Shown: one piece after another, positions 1 to 10,538 of the stretch
How the letters are laid out: every line of letters begins with the position of its first letter
Numbering within the stretch: the stretch's first letter is position 1
Assembly (NCBI GenBank): GCA_963716855.1
Contig: CAVQUV010000011.1
Span: 64,378-128,377 of the forward strand
Direction of reading: 5' to 3'
Source: an uncultured beta proteobacterium
GTDB lineage: Bacteria > Pseudomonadota > Gammaproteobacteria > Burkholderiales > SG8-39
DNA: 64,000 nt
Position numbers and translations under genes: made by a program
The notes under the pieces: model-generated
The model's database searches: none
Told to the model about the DNA's origin: nothing
Seen by the model: only the letters and a program-made list of their open reading frames with translations

Positions 1-1
1 G

Positions 2-416
2 CGGCTGCGGCGGCTGCTCGACGGCCTGACGGGCGTGAACTCCTCCGCGAAAGCGGATGCCTCGAAGACGCGCGAGGACCGCATCCGCTCCGACGGCCGC
101 GCGGACGCCCGCGCGGAACTCGTCGCCGAGCATCCGGTGGTGCGCACGCATCCCGAGACGGGCCGCAAGGCGCTCTACGTCAATCCCGGGTCACACCGTG
201 CGCTTCAGCGGCATGACCGACGAGGAATCGCAACCGCTGCTCGAGTTCCTCTTCCGGCACCAGGTGCGGCCCGAGTTCACGTGCCGATTCGTGTGGCGCC
301 CGGGATCGATCGCGCTCTGGGACAACCGCTGCGCGCAGCACAATCCGGTGAACGACTACCACGGGTTCCGGCGCGTGATGCACCGGATCACGCTGGCGGG
401 GACGCGCCCGGTCTGA
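2..416 (+). pseudogene. TauD/TfdA-family Fe(II)/2-oxoglutarate dioxygenase; 5' end outside window; one frameshift
   Basis: Frame 2 reads ..EHPVVRTHPETGRKALYVNPG. The next frame continues HTVRFSGMTDEESQPLLEFLFRHQVRPEFTCRFVWRPGSIALWDNRCAQHNPVNDYHGFRRVMHRITL, a typical TauD C-terminus. The junction lies in the cccggg run at 185-190. Confidence 0.8.
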
Positions 417-435
417 CGGGCTCCGCGGCACGCCG

Positions 436-1321
436 ATGTTCGAAGGCTTCACGCTGGAGCAGATCGACGCGGGCGGAATCGACATCCGCGTCCGCCACCG
501 CCTGAGCGCGGACAAGCCGCCGCTCCTTCTGCTGCACGGCAATCCCCAGACCCATTACATGTGGCACCGGGTTGCACCGCGGCTCGCCGGGCGTTTCAGC
601 GTCGTCGCCACCGATCTCACCGGCTATGGCGACAGCGCGAAGCCTGCCACGACACCCGACCATGCGCCCTACTCTAAGCGTGCGATGGCGTGCGACCAGA
701 TCGCGGTCATGCGGCGCTTCGGCTTCGAGCGCTTCTTCGTCGCAGGGCACGACCGCGGCGCGCGGGTCGCCTACCGGATGGCGCTCGACCACCCCGAGCG
801 CGTGACGCGGCTTGCGGTGCTCGACATCGTGCCGACGTGGGAGGCGTACAAGCGCGCCGACATGGCGTTCGGCCTGAGCTACTTCCACTGGTTCTTCATG
901 ACCCAGCCGTTCGATCTGCCGGAGCGGCTGATCGGCGCCGACCCGGAGTTCTATTGGCGCCGGCACACGTCGCGCGAGCCGAAGGGTCCCGACTTCTTCG
1001 CCTCCGAAGCGCTCGAGGACTACCTGCGCTGCTTCCGCAACCCGGCGACGATCCATGCGATCTGCGAGGACTACCGCGCCGCGGCGACGATCGACATGGC
1101 GCACGACGAAGCCGATCGCAGCGCCGGCCGGAAGATCGCGCCGCCGGTGCTCGCGCTCTGGGGCGCGAAGGGCCGGCTGGCGGTGTGGTACGACGTGCTC
1201 GCGATCTGGCGCGACTGGGCGCACGACGTGCGCGGCCGCGCGCTCGAATGCGGCCACTACTCTGCCCGAGGAACGACCCGACGACGTTCTCGCGGCGTTC
1301 GAGGCTTTCTTTCGAGAGTGA
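436..1321 (+). pseudogene. alpha/beta hydrolase, haloacetate (fluoroacetate) dehalogenase-like; C-terminal frameshift
   Basis: LLLLHGNPQTHYMWHRVAP..VAGHDRGARVAYRMALDHP..FHWFFM motifs. After ..ECGHY the conserved tail LPEERPDDVLAAFEAFFRE sits in another frame (ORF 1055..1321). Junction at about 1260. Confidence 0.75.
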
Positions 1322-1324
1322 GCG

Positions 1325-2416
1325 TCAGGCCCTTGCCGCGCCGAGGGCGAGATTCCGCCCCGACTCCGGGTCGAAGAGGTGAAGCTTTGCCGGGTCGAAT
1401 GCCACCCGGACGCGCGCACCCGGCTCGACCGGAAGGTCGGCCTTGACCTCCGCGGTCACCCGCGCGCCGCCCCCGAGGTCGAGATCGACGAGCTTCTCGG
1501 AACCGACGAGCTGCACCAGCGTCACCTCGCCCGGCACCGACGCGCCCTCTGCCGCGTCGAGTCGCACGTCCTGCGGACGGACACCGAGACGCACGACGCG
1601 GTCGGCGCCGGACGCAAGGGCCGATGCCGCGACCGCCGACATCCGCTCGCCGGCCGGAATCGACACCTCGCCGCCGCCGATCCGTGCGCCCTCGATGAAG
1701 TTCATCGGCGGACTGCCGATGAACCCGGCGACGAAGGTGTTGGCCGGACGGTTGTAGATCTCCGCCGGCGTCGCGTATTGCTGCACCACCCCGTGCTCCA
1801 TGACGGCGATGAGGTCGGACATCGTCATTGCCTCGAGCTGGTCGTGCGTCACGTAGACGGTGGTCGCCTCGAGCCGGAGGTGAAAGCGCTTGAGCTCGCC
1901 GCGCATGGTCACCCGCAGCTTCGCGTCGAGATTCGAGAGCGGCTCGTCCATGAGGAAGAGCCAGGGCTTGCGCACCATCGCCCGGCCGAGCGCCACGCGC
2001 TGGCGCTGCCCGCCGGAGAGCTGCCGCGGCTTCCGGCCCAGGAGAGGCTCGATCTCCAGCACGCGTGCGACCTCCAGCACGCGGCGGTCGAGCTCGTCGC
2101 GCGGCACGCCCCTCACCTTCAGGCCGTAGCCGATGTTGGCGCGCACGTCCATGTGCGGGTAGAGCGCGTAGCTCTGGAACACCATGGCGACGTCGCGCTT
2201 CCCCGGCGCGAGATCGCTCACCTTCTCGTCGCCATGCCAGATCGCGCCGCGGGTCGCCGACTCGAGCCCGGCGAGAATGCGCAGCAGCGTCGTCTTCCCG
2301 CACCCGCTCGGACCCACCAGCGTGACGAACGCCTTCTCGGGGAACTCGAGGTGGACGTCCTTGAGCACCGGGACCGGGCCGAAGGACTTGTAGATGTGAT
2401 CGAGCCGGATCGTCAC
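1325..2416 (-). CDS. ABC transporter ATP-binding protein (MalK/UgpC type)
   Basis: GTG start (VTIRLDHIYKSF..). Walker A GPSGCGKTT, signature LSGGQRQR, Walker B LFLMDEPLS, and a C-terminal TOBE-like domain. The annotated 1325..3364 ORF is an upstream read-through into the permease shadow. Confidence 0.9.
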   Translation of the reverse strand: MTIRLDHIYKSFGPVPVLKDVHLEFPEKAFVTLVGPSGCGKTTLLRILAGLESATRGAIWHGDEKVSDLAPGKRDVAMVFQSYALYPHMDVRANIGYGLKVRGVPRDELDRRVLEVARVLEIEPLLGRKPRQLSGGQRQRVALGRAMVRKPWLFLMDEPLSNLDAKLRVTMRGELKRFHLRLEATTVYVTHDQLEAMTMSDLIAVMEHGVVQQYATPAEIYNRPANTFVAGFIGSPPMNFIEGARIGGGEVSIPAGERMSAVAASALASGADRVVRLGVRPQDVRLDAAEGASVPGEVTLVQLVGSEKLVDLDLGGGARVTAEVKADLPVEPGARVRVAFDPAKLHLFDPESGRNLALGAARA

Positions 2417-2421
2417 CGCCG

Positions 2422-3309
2422 TCAGCCCTTCACCGCGCCCGCGCCGAAGCCGGCGACGAGATGGCGCTGCATCAGCATGAACAGGATCGCCATCGGCACG
2501 GTCATCAGCACCGCGGAGGCCATCATCAGGCCCCAGTCGACGTGCACGCCCTCGAAGAAGTGCATCACGCCTACGGTGAGGGGAAGATTCTCGATCGAGT
2601 TGATGAACACGCGGGCGAACAGGAAATCGTTCCAGGACACGATCAGGGAGAAGATCGCGGCCGCGATGATGCCGGGGAGCGCCGACGGCAGGACGATGTC
2701 CACGAAGACGCGCAGGCGGCTCGCGCCGTCGATCATCGCCGCCTCCTCGAGCTCGATCGGGATGCCGCGGAAGAACGCCCACAGGAGCCACATGGAGAAC
2801 GGCAGCGTGATCGAGACGTAGCCGAACGTGAGACTCCACAGGCTGTTGGTGAGCGAGAGCTGCGCCATCACCAGGAACAGCGGGAACACCAGGATGATCG
2901 ACGGGATCATGTAGCCGAGCAGGCTGAAGTACGGAACGATGCGCCGCCCCCAGTACCGGAATCGCGTCACGCTGTAGGCGGCGAGCGTGCTGATCACGAT
3001 GCTGATGAGCGCCGATGAGCCGCTCACGATCAGGCTGTTCGTGAACCAGGCGGTGAAGTGCTGCGGGGCCGCGGTCGTCGGCACGTAGGCCTGGTCGGCG
3101 CGGAAGTACTGCTCCTTGCCGGTAATGAGGTTGCGGTAGTTCGCGGCGGTGGCCTCGATCGGGATCAGCCGCGGCGGGGTCGCCATCACCTCTTTCGGTC
3201 CCTTGAGGGATGTCGAGAACGCCCAGATCAGCGGAAAGCAGATCAGGAACGTGACCGTGAGCAGCACCACGTACGCGAGGACCTGCCGCACTGCGCCGAG
3301 CCCGTTCAC
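2422..3309 (-). CDS. carbohydrate-type ABC transporter permease (MalG/UgpE-like)
   Basis: 295-aa polytopic membrane protein. Its ATGA start/stop overlaps the upstream permease, giving an operon with the ATPase. Confidence 0.9.
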   Translation of the reverse strand: MNGLGAVRQVLAYVVLLTVTFLICFPLIWAFSTSLKGPKEVMATPPRLIPIEATAANYRNLITGKEQYFRADQAYVPTTAAPQHFTAWFTNSLIVSGSSALISIVISTLAAYSVTRFRYWGRRIVPYFSLLGYMIPSIILVFPLFLVMAQLSLTNSLWSLTFGYVSITLPFSMWLLWAFFRGIPIELEEAAMIDGASRLRVFVDIVLPSALPGIIAAAIFSLIVSWNDFLFARVFINSIENLPLTVGVMHFFEGVHVDWGLMMASAVLMTVPMAILFMLMQRHLVAGFGAGAVKG

Positions 3310-4209
3310 TCGGATTCCTCACTCGCGAAGCGGAACACCCGCATGTAGACGAGGCTCCCGGCAAACAGCAGGAGCATCATCACCACGCCGGTCGCCGCGC
3401 CCACGCCCATCTTGAGGTTTGCAACCGACTGCTCGAACGAATAGATCGCGAGATTGAACGTGGAGGTTCCCGGCCCGCCCCTGGTAAGGAGGTAGATCTC
3501 CTCGAACTTGTTGAACGTCCAGATGGTGCGGAAGATCACCACGACCACCAGCACCTCGGCGAGCTGCGGCAGCGTGATGTCGACGAAGCGCCGGAGCGGC
3601 CCGGCGCCGTCGACCTTCGCCGCGTCGTAGAGCTCGAGCGGGATGGTCTGCAGCCGCGCGAGCACGCAGATGGTCACGAACGGCGTGTACTTCCACACGT
3701 TCAGAGTGATCGTCGAGAGCATCGCCATGCTCGGCGTCGCGAGCCAGTAGATGCTCTCGTCGATCAGGCCCGCCCCGCGCAGCGACCAGTTCACCACGCC
3801 GATGTCGGGATTCAGCATCCACTGCAGGATGAGCGCGATGACCACCGTCGGCACGATGTACGGGAACAGCAGCAGGCCGCGGAAGATCGAGATCCCCCGC
3901 AGCGGCAGGTGCAGCAGGAGCGCCAGGAGCACGCCGATCATGGTCTGCAGGACGATCGAACACCCGGTCCAGATCGCGGCCTGCCGGAACGACTGCCAGA
4001 ACAGCGGGTCGTCGAAGATGGTGCGGAAGTTCTCGAGCCCGACGAATGCGCTCGGCGTCGGGGTTGAGCGGATTGTGCTGGTAGAACGCGAGGCGCACCG
4101 ACTCGAGCACCGGGTACACCATGAACACCAGCGCCGCCACGACGAACGGCACGATGAACAGGATCCCGATGCGGTTGTCGGCGACGCGCCAGTCGGTCGA
4201 AGGGCTCAT
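3306..4209 (-). pseudogene. carbohydrate-type ABC transporter permease (MalF/UgpA-like), one frameshift
   Basis: N-terminus MSPSTDWRVADNRIGILFIVPFVVAALVFMVYPVLESVRLAFYQHNPLNP (frame of ORF 3319..4209). It continues as AFVGLENFRTIFDDPLFWQSFRQAAIWTGCSIVLQTMIGVLL.. (frame of ORF 3306..3941). Junction at about 4050-4062. Confidence 0.8.
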
Positions 4210-4290
4210 TCTCGGACGCCGAGAAACGCGGACGCGCGAGGCGCACGCCGGACGGCCCTCCGTCCGGCGCGTTCCGCGCGCGGTCGGCGG

Positions 4291-5697
4291 CTACGCGATC
4301 TGCAGCAGGCGCAGGTTGTCCTTGCGCACCTGCTCGAGCTCCCGCGCGCCCCACTTGGCCGCGTCGGGTGCTTTCCAATTGTCGACCACGACCTTCTGCA
4401 CCGTCTGCGCCAGGATCGAGCGTCCGTGGACCACGCCGGCGAGCGGGTTGACCCCCTTCAGCAGTTCGTTGCCGGTCGACGAGGAGTTCGGGAGCGAAGT
4501 CACGTAGTAGTTCATGATGGTCTCCCGCTTCGTCTTGAAGAACGGGTGCTCCTGCAGCCGCGGGTTGCTCAGCACGTCCTTGTACACCGGCGACACGTTG
4601 GGCATGAGCGAATGGCAATAGCGCACCAGCCATTCCGGGCTGGTCTGGTAGTACACGAGCGCGGCCTTCACCTCCTCGACGTACTGGTTGTTCGGCCGCG
4701 GGATGCACCAGCCCTGAAAGTCGTTCCAGTTCGAGCGGCGTCCGGTCTTCGGGTGACGCGCGTGGTTGAACGACTGCAGGTTCGCGAAGACGGCCGGATT
4801 CTCCTCCGCCGCCCGACCATAAGGGCGCCCCCAGTAGAAAGCGATTCCGGCCCGCCCGGTGACGATCGAGTCGACGACCTCGAGGAAGCTGTAGCTCACC
4901 GCCCCCTTCGGCATGTACGGCTGCAGCGACTTGACGTACTCGAGCGCTTCTACCGTCTCGGGCGAGTCGAAGACCACCTGATACTTGTTCTGGACGTCGA
5001 ACATCCGCCCGCCCGCCGAATGCAGCAGCGCCGCGAAGTGGTAATCGGTGCAGAGATTGCGGCCGAGCGCGAGCGAGATGCCGGCCATGTCCTTCTTCTT
5101 CTCGGAGATCGTCCGCGCGGCGTTCCGCAGGTCGTCCCAGTTCCAGGTGTCCGGGTTGCCGAGGCCGAGCTCATTGACCACGTCCATGCGCACGACCAGC
5201 AGATGCGGCTGGTGGTGCGCGGGCAGCACGTACTGCTTGCCCTTCCACGCGCCCCAGTACTCCCACTTGACGCCGTCGATCAGGCGGTTGCGGCCGACCT
5301 TCTGCACGACGTCGTCCATCGGCTCGAGCAGCAGATCGGCCATCAGCTGGTAGGCGATCGGCGACTCGACGCTGATGCAGTGCGCCGGATTGCGCGCGGC
5401 GAGATCGGTCATCAGCTTCACGTACACGCTGTCCCAGGACAGCGTCTCGAGCTTGAAGGCGATCCCCGGCGCGAACTTCTTCGCCCACTCGTTCATCGCA
5501 TCGACCGCCACGCCGGCGTACGGCCCGGGCTCGCCCCACACGCGCACCGTGCCGGTCTTGGTGGATTTCGTCTGCGCCCAGGCGGGCAGCGCACCGGTCG
5601 CCGCCGCGCCGCCGGAGAGCGCCGCAAGGTCGGTGAGGAACTTGCGCCGCGGCGAGGACTCCGGGTCGGGTGCGCCGCTGAGGATCCTGGTCTTCAT
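4291..5697 (-). CDS. ABC transporter extracellular solute-binding protein (Tat signal)
   Basis: 468 aa. N-terminal SPRRKFLTDLAALSGGAAATGALPAWAQ twin-arginine signal. First gene of the transporter operon. Confidence 0.9.
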   Translation of the reverse strand: MKTRILSGAPDPESSPRRKFLTDLAALSGGAAATGALPAWAQTKSTKTGTVRVWGEPGPYAGVAVDAMNEWAKKFAPGIAFKLETLSWDSVYVKLMTDLAARNPAHCISVESPIAYQLMADLLLEPMDDVVQKVGRNRLIDGVKWEYWGAWKGKQYVLPAHHQPHLLVVRMDVVNELGLGNPDTWNWDDLRNAARTISEKKKDMAGISLALGRNLCTDYHFAALLHSAGGRMFDVQNKYQVVFDSPETVEALEYVKSLQPYMPKGAVSYSFLEVVDSIVTGRAGIAFYWGRPYGRAAEENPAVFANLQSFNHARHPKTGRRSNWNDFQGWCIPRPNNQYVEEVKAALVYYQTSPEWLVRYCHSLMPNVSPVYKDVLSNPRLQEHPFFKTKRETIMNYYVTSLPNSSSTGNELLKGVNPLAGVVHGRSILAQTVQKVVVDNWKAPDAAKWGARELEQVRKDNLRLLQIA

Positions 5698-5724
5698 CGT
5701 CTTCTCCCTCGGTAAGGTTTGTCG

Positions 5725-6999
5725 TCAGCCGTAGCGCTTCTCACGGACGTCCGCGGTGATGCCATGCGCGATCATCCCCTCGACGGTGCAGATCCGGCTC
5801 ATCACCGGCGCGATCCGCCGGCTCGCCTCGCGCGAGAGGTATTGATAGGTCACGGTCTTGATGAACTTGCCGACCCACAGGCCGCCGGTATACCGCGCGG
5901 CGCGCGCCGTGGGCAGGGTGTGGTTCGTGCCGATGCCCTTGTCGCCGTAGGCGACCGTCGCCTCCTCGCCGAGGAACAGGCTGCCGTAGTTCTTCAGCCG
6001 GTCGAGGTAGAGCTTGCGCTTGCCGGACTCGACCATGACCTCGAGGTGCTCCGGTGCGTACTCGTCCGACGCAGCGATCGCTTCATCGTCGGAGTCGACG
6101 ACGACCACTTCGCCGTGATCGCGCCAGGCCGGTCCCGCCGTCTTCGCGGTCGCGAGCGTCTCGAGCTGGCGATCGACCTCCCGCAGCACCGCCTCGCCCA
6201 GCCTGCGCGAGGTGGTGACGAGCCACGCCGGGCTGTCGGGACCGTGCTCCGCCTGTCCGAGGAGGTCGGTCGCGACGAGGGCCGGATCGGCCGAGCCGTC
6301 GGCGATGATCAAGATCTCGGTCGGCCCGGCCAGCAGGTCGATGCCCACCTGTCCGAAGAGCTGCCGCTTGGATTCCGCGACGAATGGATTGCCCGCGCCG
6401 GTGACCATGTCCACCGGCTTCATGCCGACGCATCCGTACGCCATCGCGGCCATCGCCTGCACGCCGCCGAGGTTGTAGATCTCGTTCGCGCCCGAGGCGT
6501 GCAGGGCGTAGAGCGTGTAGGGATACATGCCGTTCGCGTCCCGCGGCGGCGCGCAGGCGACGATGGATTCGCAGCCGGCGACCCGCGCGGTGCCGACGCT
6601 CATGATGGCCGAGGCGACCAGCGGAAACTTCCCGCCCGGGACGTAGCACCCCACCCGCGAGATCGGGATCATCTTCTGGCCGATGAAGATGCCCGGCTCG
6701 ATCTCGGCTTCGAAGCTCCTGAGCGTCTCCAGCTGGCGCTTCGCGAACTCGGACACCTGCTTGAGCGCATAGGCGAAATCGGCCTTGAAGGTTTCGGGTA
6801 GCGTGCGCTCGACCTTGCGGATCTCGTCCTGGCCGACCCGGAACTCGCCCGACTCCCACTTGTCGAGCTCGCGCGCGTAACGCCGCACGGCGTCGTCGCG
6901 ATCGCGCGCGATGTCGGCGAGCATCCGGCGCACCGTGTCCTCGAGCTTGGTCCGGTCCTGCGGCGCCGGGGGCGGGGCTTGCTTCAGGTAGGTTCGCAT
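5725..6999 (-). CDS. histidinol dehydrogenase-family NAD-dependent dehydrogenase (HisD paralogue, HpsN-like)
   Basis: 424 aa with HisD-family blocks (GCYVPGGKFPLVAS, GAGNPFVAESKRQLFG, GQAEHGPDS, YAPEHLEV). Its context is a catabolic cluster, not a his operon. Confidence 0.85.
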   Translation of the reverse strand: MRTYLKQAPPPAPQDRTKLEDTVRRMLADIARDRDDAVRRYARELDKWESGEFRVGQDEIRKVERTLPETFKADFAYALKQVSEFAKRQLETLRSFEAEIEPGIFIGQKMIPISRVGCYVPGGKFPLVASAIMSVGTARVAGCESIVACAPPRDANGMYPYTLYALHASGANEIYNLGGVQAMAAMAYGCVGMKPVDMVTGAGNPFVAESKRQLFGQVGIDLLAGPTEILIIADGSADPALVATDLLGQAEHGPDSPAWLVTTSRRLGEAVLREVDRQLETLATAKTAGPAWRDHGEVVVVDSDDEAIAASDEYAPEHLEVMVESGKRKLYLDRLKNYGSLFLGEEATVAYGDKGIGTNHTLPTARAARYTGGLWVGKFIKTVTYQYLSREASRRIAPVMSRICTVEGMIAHGITADVREKRYG

Positions 7000-7154
7000 C
7001 GGTCTTGGCCTCGCGAAAGGGTTGGGAGCTTATACGCCGACGATGCAGAGCCCGTGCGCAGTCGGTCAAGCTGCGACGCACAAACGAGGCGATGCAGTTA
7101 TCCTCGCGCCCACGGGCGGTCGGCCCGCCGCCGACAATACACGGAGAACGGTAC

Positions 7155-8849
7155 GTGCCTCAGGTCAGTGGCGCCGAAGCGCTGGTCCGGATGCTGGAGC
7201 TGCACGACGTCGAGGTGCTTTTCGGGCTGTGCGGCGACACGAGCCTTCCTTTCTACGACGCGCTGCGCCAGTTCGACCACCGCATCAAACACGTGCTGTG
7301 CCGCGACGAGCGCTCGGCGGGCTACATGGCGGACGGCTATGCCCGGGTGACGGGCAAGGTCGGCGTGTGCGAGGGGCCGAGCGGCGGCGGCGCGACCTAC
7401 ATCCTCCCCGGGATCGTCGAGGCCAACGAGTCCTCCGTCCCGGTGCTGGCGCTGACCACCGACGTGTCGGTGTCATCGCGCGGCCGCTTCACCCTCACCG
7501 AGCTCGATCAGGAGAGCCTGTTCCGTCCCGTCACGAAGTGGAACAGGAGGCTCGATCGAGCGGAAGACATTCCGCGGTTCATGCGCACGGCGTTCGTGCA
7601 GATGACGACGGGCCGTCCCGGGGCAGCCCAGATCGGCGTGCCCTACGACACGCAGCTCGGCCCGGTCGACGCCGCCGATCTGTGGGCGGACAAGATCTTC
7701 GCGCGCTATCCGGCGCACCGCTCTGCGCCCGACTCCGGTTCGGTGACCGCGCTCGCGCGGCTGATCGCGCGGGCCGAGCGGCCGCTGCTGATCTGCGGCG
7801 GTGGCGTCGTGATCTCGTCCGCCGAGACGGAGCTCGCGCGGCTCGCCGAGCTCATCGGCGCACCGGTGGCGACCACCATCAGCGGCCAGGGGAGCATCGG
7901 CGACGATCATCCGCTCGCGGTCGGCGTCGTGGGGACCAACGGCGGTACGCCGCAGACGCGCGCGATCGTCGCCGAGGCGGACCTGGTCGTCTTCATCGGC
8001 TGCCGCGCCGGATCGGTCACGACGGAGCGCCGCCGCTTCCCTGCGCCGGGCCGCGCGCGCATCGGCCACATCGACGTCGACCCCGGCGTCGTGGGCGCGA
8101 ACTACCAGACCGATGCGGCGGTCGTCGGCGACGCGAGAGTGAGCCTCGCCGCCCTAAACGCCGAGCTCGCCGGGACCGGCGCGCGTCGCGATCGCATCGA
8201 GGCTGCGACGCGCGCGACGGCGCAGGCAAAGGTCGAGAAGTTCGCGGCCTTCCGGCACCTCGCGGAATCGCTCGAGACCCCGATCAAGCCGGAGCGCCTC
8301 GTCGCGGACCTGCAGGCGGCGGCGCCGCCGGATGCGATTCTCGTGGCGGATCCAGGCACGCCCTGTCCGTACTTCTCGGCCTACTTCACGCAGAAGCAGC
8401 CGGGCCGACAGTTCATTTCGAACCGCGCCCACGGCGCGCTCGGCTATGCCCTGTCCGCAGCCGTCGGCGCGCAGTTCGGGCGCCCGGGCACCAAGTGCAT
8501 CGCCGTGATGGGCGACGGCAGCTTCGGGTTCACCGTCGGCGAGCTCGAGACGGTGATGCGCCACAAGCTGCCGATCACGTTCGTCGTCGTCTCGAACGCG
8601 ACCTACGGCTGGATCAAGGCGGGTCAGCGCGCCGGCTTCGACCGGCGCTACTTCTCGGTCGACTTCGAGCGCACCGATCATGCGCGCGTCGCGGCCGCTT
8701 ACGGGCTCAAGTCGTGGAGCGTGAGCGATCCGGCCCGGCTCCGCGGTGCGCTCGCCGAGGCGGTCGCGTCTGGCGGTCCGACGCTCGTCGACGTCATCAC
8801 GCAGCCGCTGCACGAAGCGAACGCGCCCGTGAGCGAATGGGTGGCCTAG
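7155..8849 (+). CDS. thiamine-diphosphate enzyme, acetolactate synthase-like
   Basis: GAEALVRMLELHDVEVLFGLCGD N-terminal Pyr domain and GDGSFGFTVGELETVMRHKLPITFVVVSNATYGW ThDP motif. GTG at 7155 is preceded by GGAGA at 7143-7147. An in-frame ATG at 7092 is an alternative start. Confidence 0.85.
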   Translation: MPQVSGAEALVRMLELHDVEVLFGLCGDTSLPFYDALRQFDHRIKHVLCRDERSAGYMADGYARVTGKVGVCEGPSGGGATYILPGIVEANESSVPVLALTTDVSVSSRGRFTLTELDQESLFRPVTKWNRRLDRAEDIPRFMRTAFVQMTTGRPGAAQIGVPYDTQLGPVDAADLWADKIFARYPAHRSAPDSGSVTALARLIARAERPLLICGGGVVISSAETELARLAELIGAPVATTISGQGSIGDDHPLAVGVVGTNGGTPQTRAIVAEADLVVFIGCRAGSVTTERRRFPAPGRARIGHIDVDPGVVGANYQTDAAVVGDARVSLAALNAELAGTGARRDRIEAATRATAQAKVEKFAAFRHLAESLETPIKPERLVADLQAAAPPDAILVADPGTPCPYFSAYFTQKQPGRQFISNRAHGALGYALSAAVGAQFGRPGTKCIAVMGDGSFGFTVGELETVMRHKLPITFVVVSNATYGWIKAGQRAGFDRRYFSVDFERTDHARVAAAYGLKSWSVSDPARLRGALAEAVASGGPTLVDVITQPLHEANAPVSEWVA

Positions 8850-8888
8850 GCGCACGCACAATCTCGGGGTCCATCACAGGAGGCAGTC

Positions 8889-9359
8889 ATGAGCGGCAAG
8901 ATCGACGCACGGATCAAAGAACTGGGCATCACCCTCCCCGCACCGGGCGAGCCCGCCGGCAACTATGTCGGATTCGTCGTGACGGGGAACCTGGCGTTCC
9001 TCGCCGGACAGGTGCCGCAGGAGAACGGGGTCAAGAAGTTCATCGGCAAGCTGGGGCGCGAGTTCTCCGTCGAGGAGGGCCAGAAGGCCGCGGAGCTCGC
9101 GGGGCTCAACATGCTCGCGCGGCTGAAGGCCGCGTGCAACGGCGACCTAGATCGCGTCATCCGCTGCGTGAAGATCGTGGGATTCGTAAATGCGACACCG
9201 GACTTCGGCGATCATCCGAAGGTCGTCAACGGCGCCTCGGACCTCGTCGTCAAAGTATTCGGGGAGGCCGGCCGGCATGCGCGCTCGGCGGTCGGCATGG
9301 GCTCCCTGCCTTTCGGCGTCGCCGTCGAGGTCGAGGGCGTCTTCGAGATCCGGGTCTGA
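8889..9359 (+). CDS. RidA/YjgF/UK114 family protein
   Basis: 156 aa. Family pattern ..GNLAFLAGQVP..ARSAVGMGSLPFGVAVEVEGVFEI. Confidence 0.9.
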   Translation: MSGKIDARIKELGITLPAPGEPAGNYVGFVVTGNLAFLAGQVPQENGVKKFIGKLGREFSVEEGQKAAELAGLNMLARLKAACNGDLDRVIRCVKIVGFVNATPDFGDHPKVVNGASDLVVKVFGEAGRHARSAVGMGSLPFGVAVEVEGVFEIRV

Positions 9360-9379
9360 GGCGCAGTGGCAGCGCGCGT

Positions 9380-9886
9380 CAGCGCTTGTACCACCACTTG
9401 GTCTCGCTGACGTCCACCTCCCAGGGGCGGATCGGCGTGGCGAGCCCGAACTGCGCAGCGTGCAGGCGCGCCACTTCCATGATCGCCCACAGCGACTCCA
9501 TCGGGAACCCCTGCCGGCCGCCGCGCTCGTCGATCACGAGCTTGGAGAAGTAGTCGTCCAGCGCGCGCTTGCCCCAGTGCGTCGCGAATGTGCGCCGCGA
9601 TCCGCGGATAGCCGCGCTCGACGATCGGCCACGGGTCGGGGCGATCCTTCTGCCGCTCGGCTTCGCGGAGCGACTTCCACCGCTCGCTGACCTCCCGGGT
9701 CAGCGTCGCGTCGCCCATGAGCGGCGGGAACTCGGTCTCCGCGGCCTCGGCGCTCTCCGGCGGCAGGTTCAGGCGCTTGCGGAGGGCTTCCTCGCCGGCG
9801 TCGGGGTCGAAGACGGCGAACGCGTCCAGATCCGGGGCGGCGTTCTCGCCCGGCGGAGGGTCGGTCGGCTTCTTCGGCTGGCTCAT
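9380..9886 (-). pseudogene. conserved hypothetical protein, one frameshift
   Basis: N-terminus MSQPKKPTDPPPGEN..WPIVERGYPRIAAHIR. A coherent tail follows in another frame: THWGKRALDDYFSKLVIDERGGRQGFPMESLWAIMEVARLHAAQFGLATPIRPWEVDVSETKWWYKR. Junction at about 9575-9590. Confidence 0.5.
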
Positions 9887-9961
9887 CGCAACGCGGGCCT
9901 CGTTGCGGCGGAATCATAGTCGGACGCAGCAGTTCCGGGAAGGAACTGTTCCTTAAGGGCT

Positions 9962-10517
9962 TTACCGTCCCGACCCGGCAAACTCGATGAACCCGCGGAC
10001 ATAGTTGCGCAGGCGCGTGCGGATGGCGTCGTCCACCAGCTTGCCGGCCGGATCGAACACCTTCGACGCGCCACCGACATAGAGCAGCTGGCCGAACCAC
10101 GGTCGCATCCCCAGCGTCCGGAGCACGGGCAGCCAGGCCGTCTGGGACTGGATGGTGCCGAACGCGCCGGGTGACGCGCCGATCAACCCCACGGGCCGGC
10201 CGCCGAAGACCCGCTTGATGTCCGACGCCGGCCGGGTCATCCAGTCGATCGCGTTCTTGAAGACGCCGGGGATCGAGTTGTTGTACTCCGGCGTCACGAG
10301 CAGCAGCGCGTCCGCCGCAGCGATGCGATCCTTCAGTTCGGCCACGCGCGGCGGAATCCCCTCGGTCGCCTCGACGTCGCCGTCGTAGAGCGGAATGCCG
10401 CGGATGGATTCGACTCTCGATCGTCGCCTCCGGCGGACATTCCTCCACCGCGGCGCGCAGCAGCGCCGCGTTGAAGGACCCGCTGCGCAGACTCCCGGCG
10501 ATGCCGATGATGCGCAC
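9962..10517 (-). pseudogene. NADPH-dependent FMN reductase, one frameshift
   Basis: MRIIGIAGSLRSGSFNAALLRAAVEECPPEATIE. Another frame continues ESIRGIPLYDGDVEATEGIPPRVAELKDRIAAADALLLVTPEYNNSIPGVFKNAIDW. Junction at about 10410-10415. Confidence 0.8.
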
Positions 10518-10538
10518 CTGTGCCGTCCGCGCCCGCGC

